Positions 49,501 to 50,172 of a DNA stretch of 50,172 bases are shown here, piece after piece. Source of the DNA: Lenisia limosa (taxonomy: Eukaryota > Protista > Breviatea). A program made the position numbers and the translations under genes. The stretch lies in the NCBI GenBank assembly GCA_001655205.1, contig LPNZ01010759.1, forward strand, positions 1 to 50,172, read 5' to 3'. How positions within the stretch are numbered: the stretch's first letter is position 1; each line of letters opens with the position of its first letter. The notes under the pieces are model-generated. The model was not told the origin of the DNA. It did no database searches and saw nothing but the letters and a program-made list of their open reading frames with translations.

Positions 49501-50172
49501 GAGTTGATGTGGTTACGATCGTAGACTGCCTTTTTGGGAAGCGGGATGAAGGTAAGGGCATCAGGGTTGCTTATTGGAGAGGAGTGCTCACGACAGGCTT
49601 TGAGGAACGCCTGGGTACTGGAAATGATGGGGGCTCTGGCATGGAAAGTGGCTGACGGTTCACTGACAGTCGGGATTTTGTTGCACAGATACTACATGCA
49701 TAAAAAGAAGCACGCTTGTTTCTCAACGGATTGATTGTATTGATATTCCTTACACACACCCTTCTCCGCCCCGGGTACCTCATAGAACCCGTTGGTAACA
49801 ATGGCAGTGAGATGGTGCAGTAAATTGTCGAGAATGCTGACGTCATCAATGCGAGCCAGTATCTTGTGCTGATCCTTAGAAGAGTAAATTTAGCCAATAA
49901 CTTGTGCTGATCCTTAGAATAGTAAATTAAGTCTGAGGCCCCTCCCGGTGAGGTAATCCGAATTAAAGAACTTCACACCCAAGTTGCCACCACCCCCACC
50001 CCTTCATTGAGCGTTCGCGGGTCAGTGCTGCTCAGAGACACTAAGTTTGGATGGTTCGGGTAATTGGCTTTCCTGTTAGGTGAGGAGCATGGATAACCTC
50101 CAAGCATAGGAAAGGCCATAAAAGGAGACTTTTGTGAAAATGAGAAATAATAGAACGATCGGATAAGCTACC
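40526..50172 (-). CDS. Large uncharacterised multi-exon protein (possibly more than one gene), 5' end beyond the right edge
   Basis: More than 25 GT-AG-bounded open exons, including 49330-49660, 48310-48520 and 47341-47930 (ESKGRSIFEEDDSKMVQMPY..). Contains a poly-Lys segment (ENHLRQKKKKSRKKKKKQEG) and a helical C-terminal part (LLEMCNNLDSVIGTLSEAYVKDKKIQALSRLKE). No family recognised; the stop at 40526 is tentative. Confidence 0.6.
44691..44760. repeat. Intronic imperfect 38-bp duplication next to a gap
   Basis: CTGAGCC(T/A)AAAGCATTGTGA at 44691 and about 44730. Confidence 0.75.
48761..48820. repeat. 24-bp minisatellite running into a gap
   Basis: CCCCTCATAGCCACGGGTTGATCA at 48761, 48785 and 48809, then N. 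Confidence 0.9.
49863..49928 (-). repeat. 38-bp tandem duplication spanning a splice acceptor
   Basis: CTTGTGCTGATCCTTAGAA(G/T)AGTAAATT at 49863 and 49901; on the minus strand each copy reads ..TTCTAAG|GATCAGCACAAG. Confidence 0.85.

Overview
Intron-dense eukaryotic (probably protist) draft scaffold with about 40 N gaps. The gaps look like assembly gaps, usually next to G/C homopolymers, and some remove exon sequence. No prokaryotic features are supported. Splicing exons by hand (GT-AG) gives nine genes in order: cysteinyl-tRNA synthetase (-, runs off the left edge; HIGH and KMSKS motifs); an uncharacterised Cys-containing secreted protein (+); a probable mitochondrial FAM210/DUF1279-like membrane protein (+); a small stand-alone MJ1316/LENG9-like protein (-); PRMT7 (+); a divergent PIG-G/PIG-O-type GPI ethanolamine-phosphate transferase (-); a secreted, probably beta-helical protein (+); a polycystin-2/TRPP channel with two canonical EF-hand loops (-); and a large unrecognised protein (-, runs off the right edge). 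The strongest non-coding signal is a conserved, structured element of about 130 nt in three copies. Two lie in consecutive CysRS introns and one in an intron of the GPI transferase gene, all sense to the host. Its 3' half fits an H/ACA hairpin-ACA architecture; I found no target. Also seen: a mariner-type MITE with perfect TIRs, G-runs after donors and C-runs before acceptors, and tandem duplications that straddle splice sites. Gene boundaries are manual estimates.
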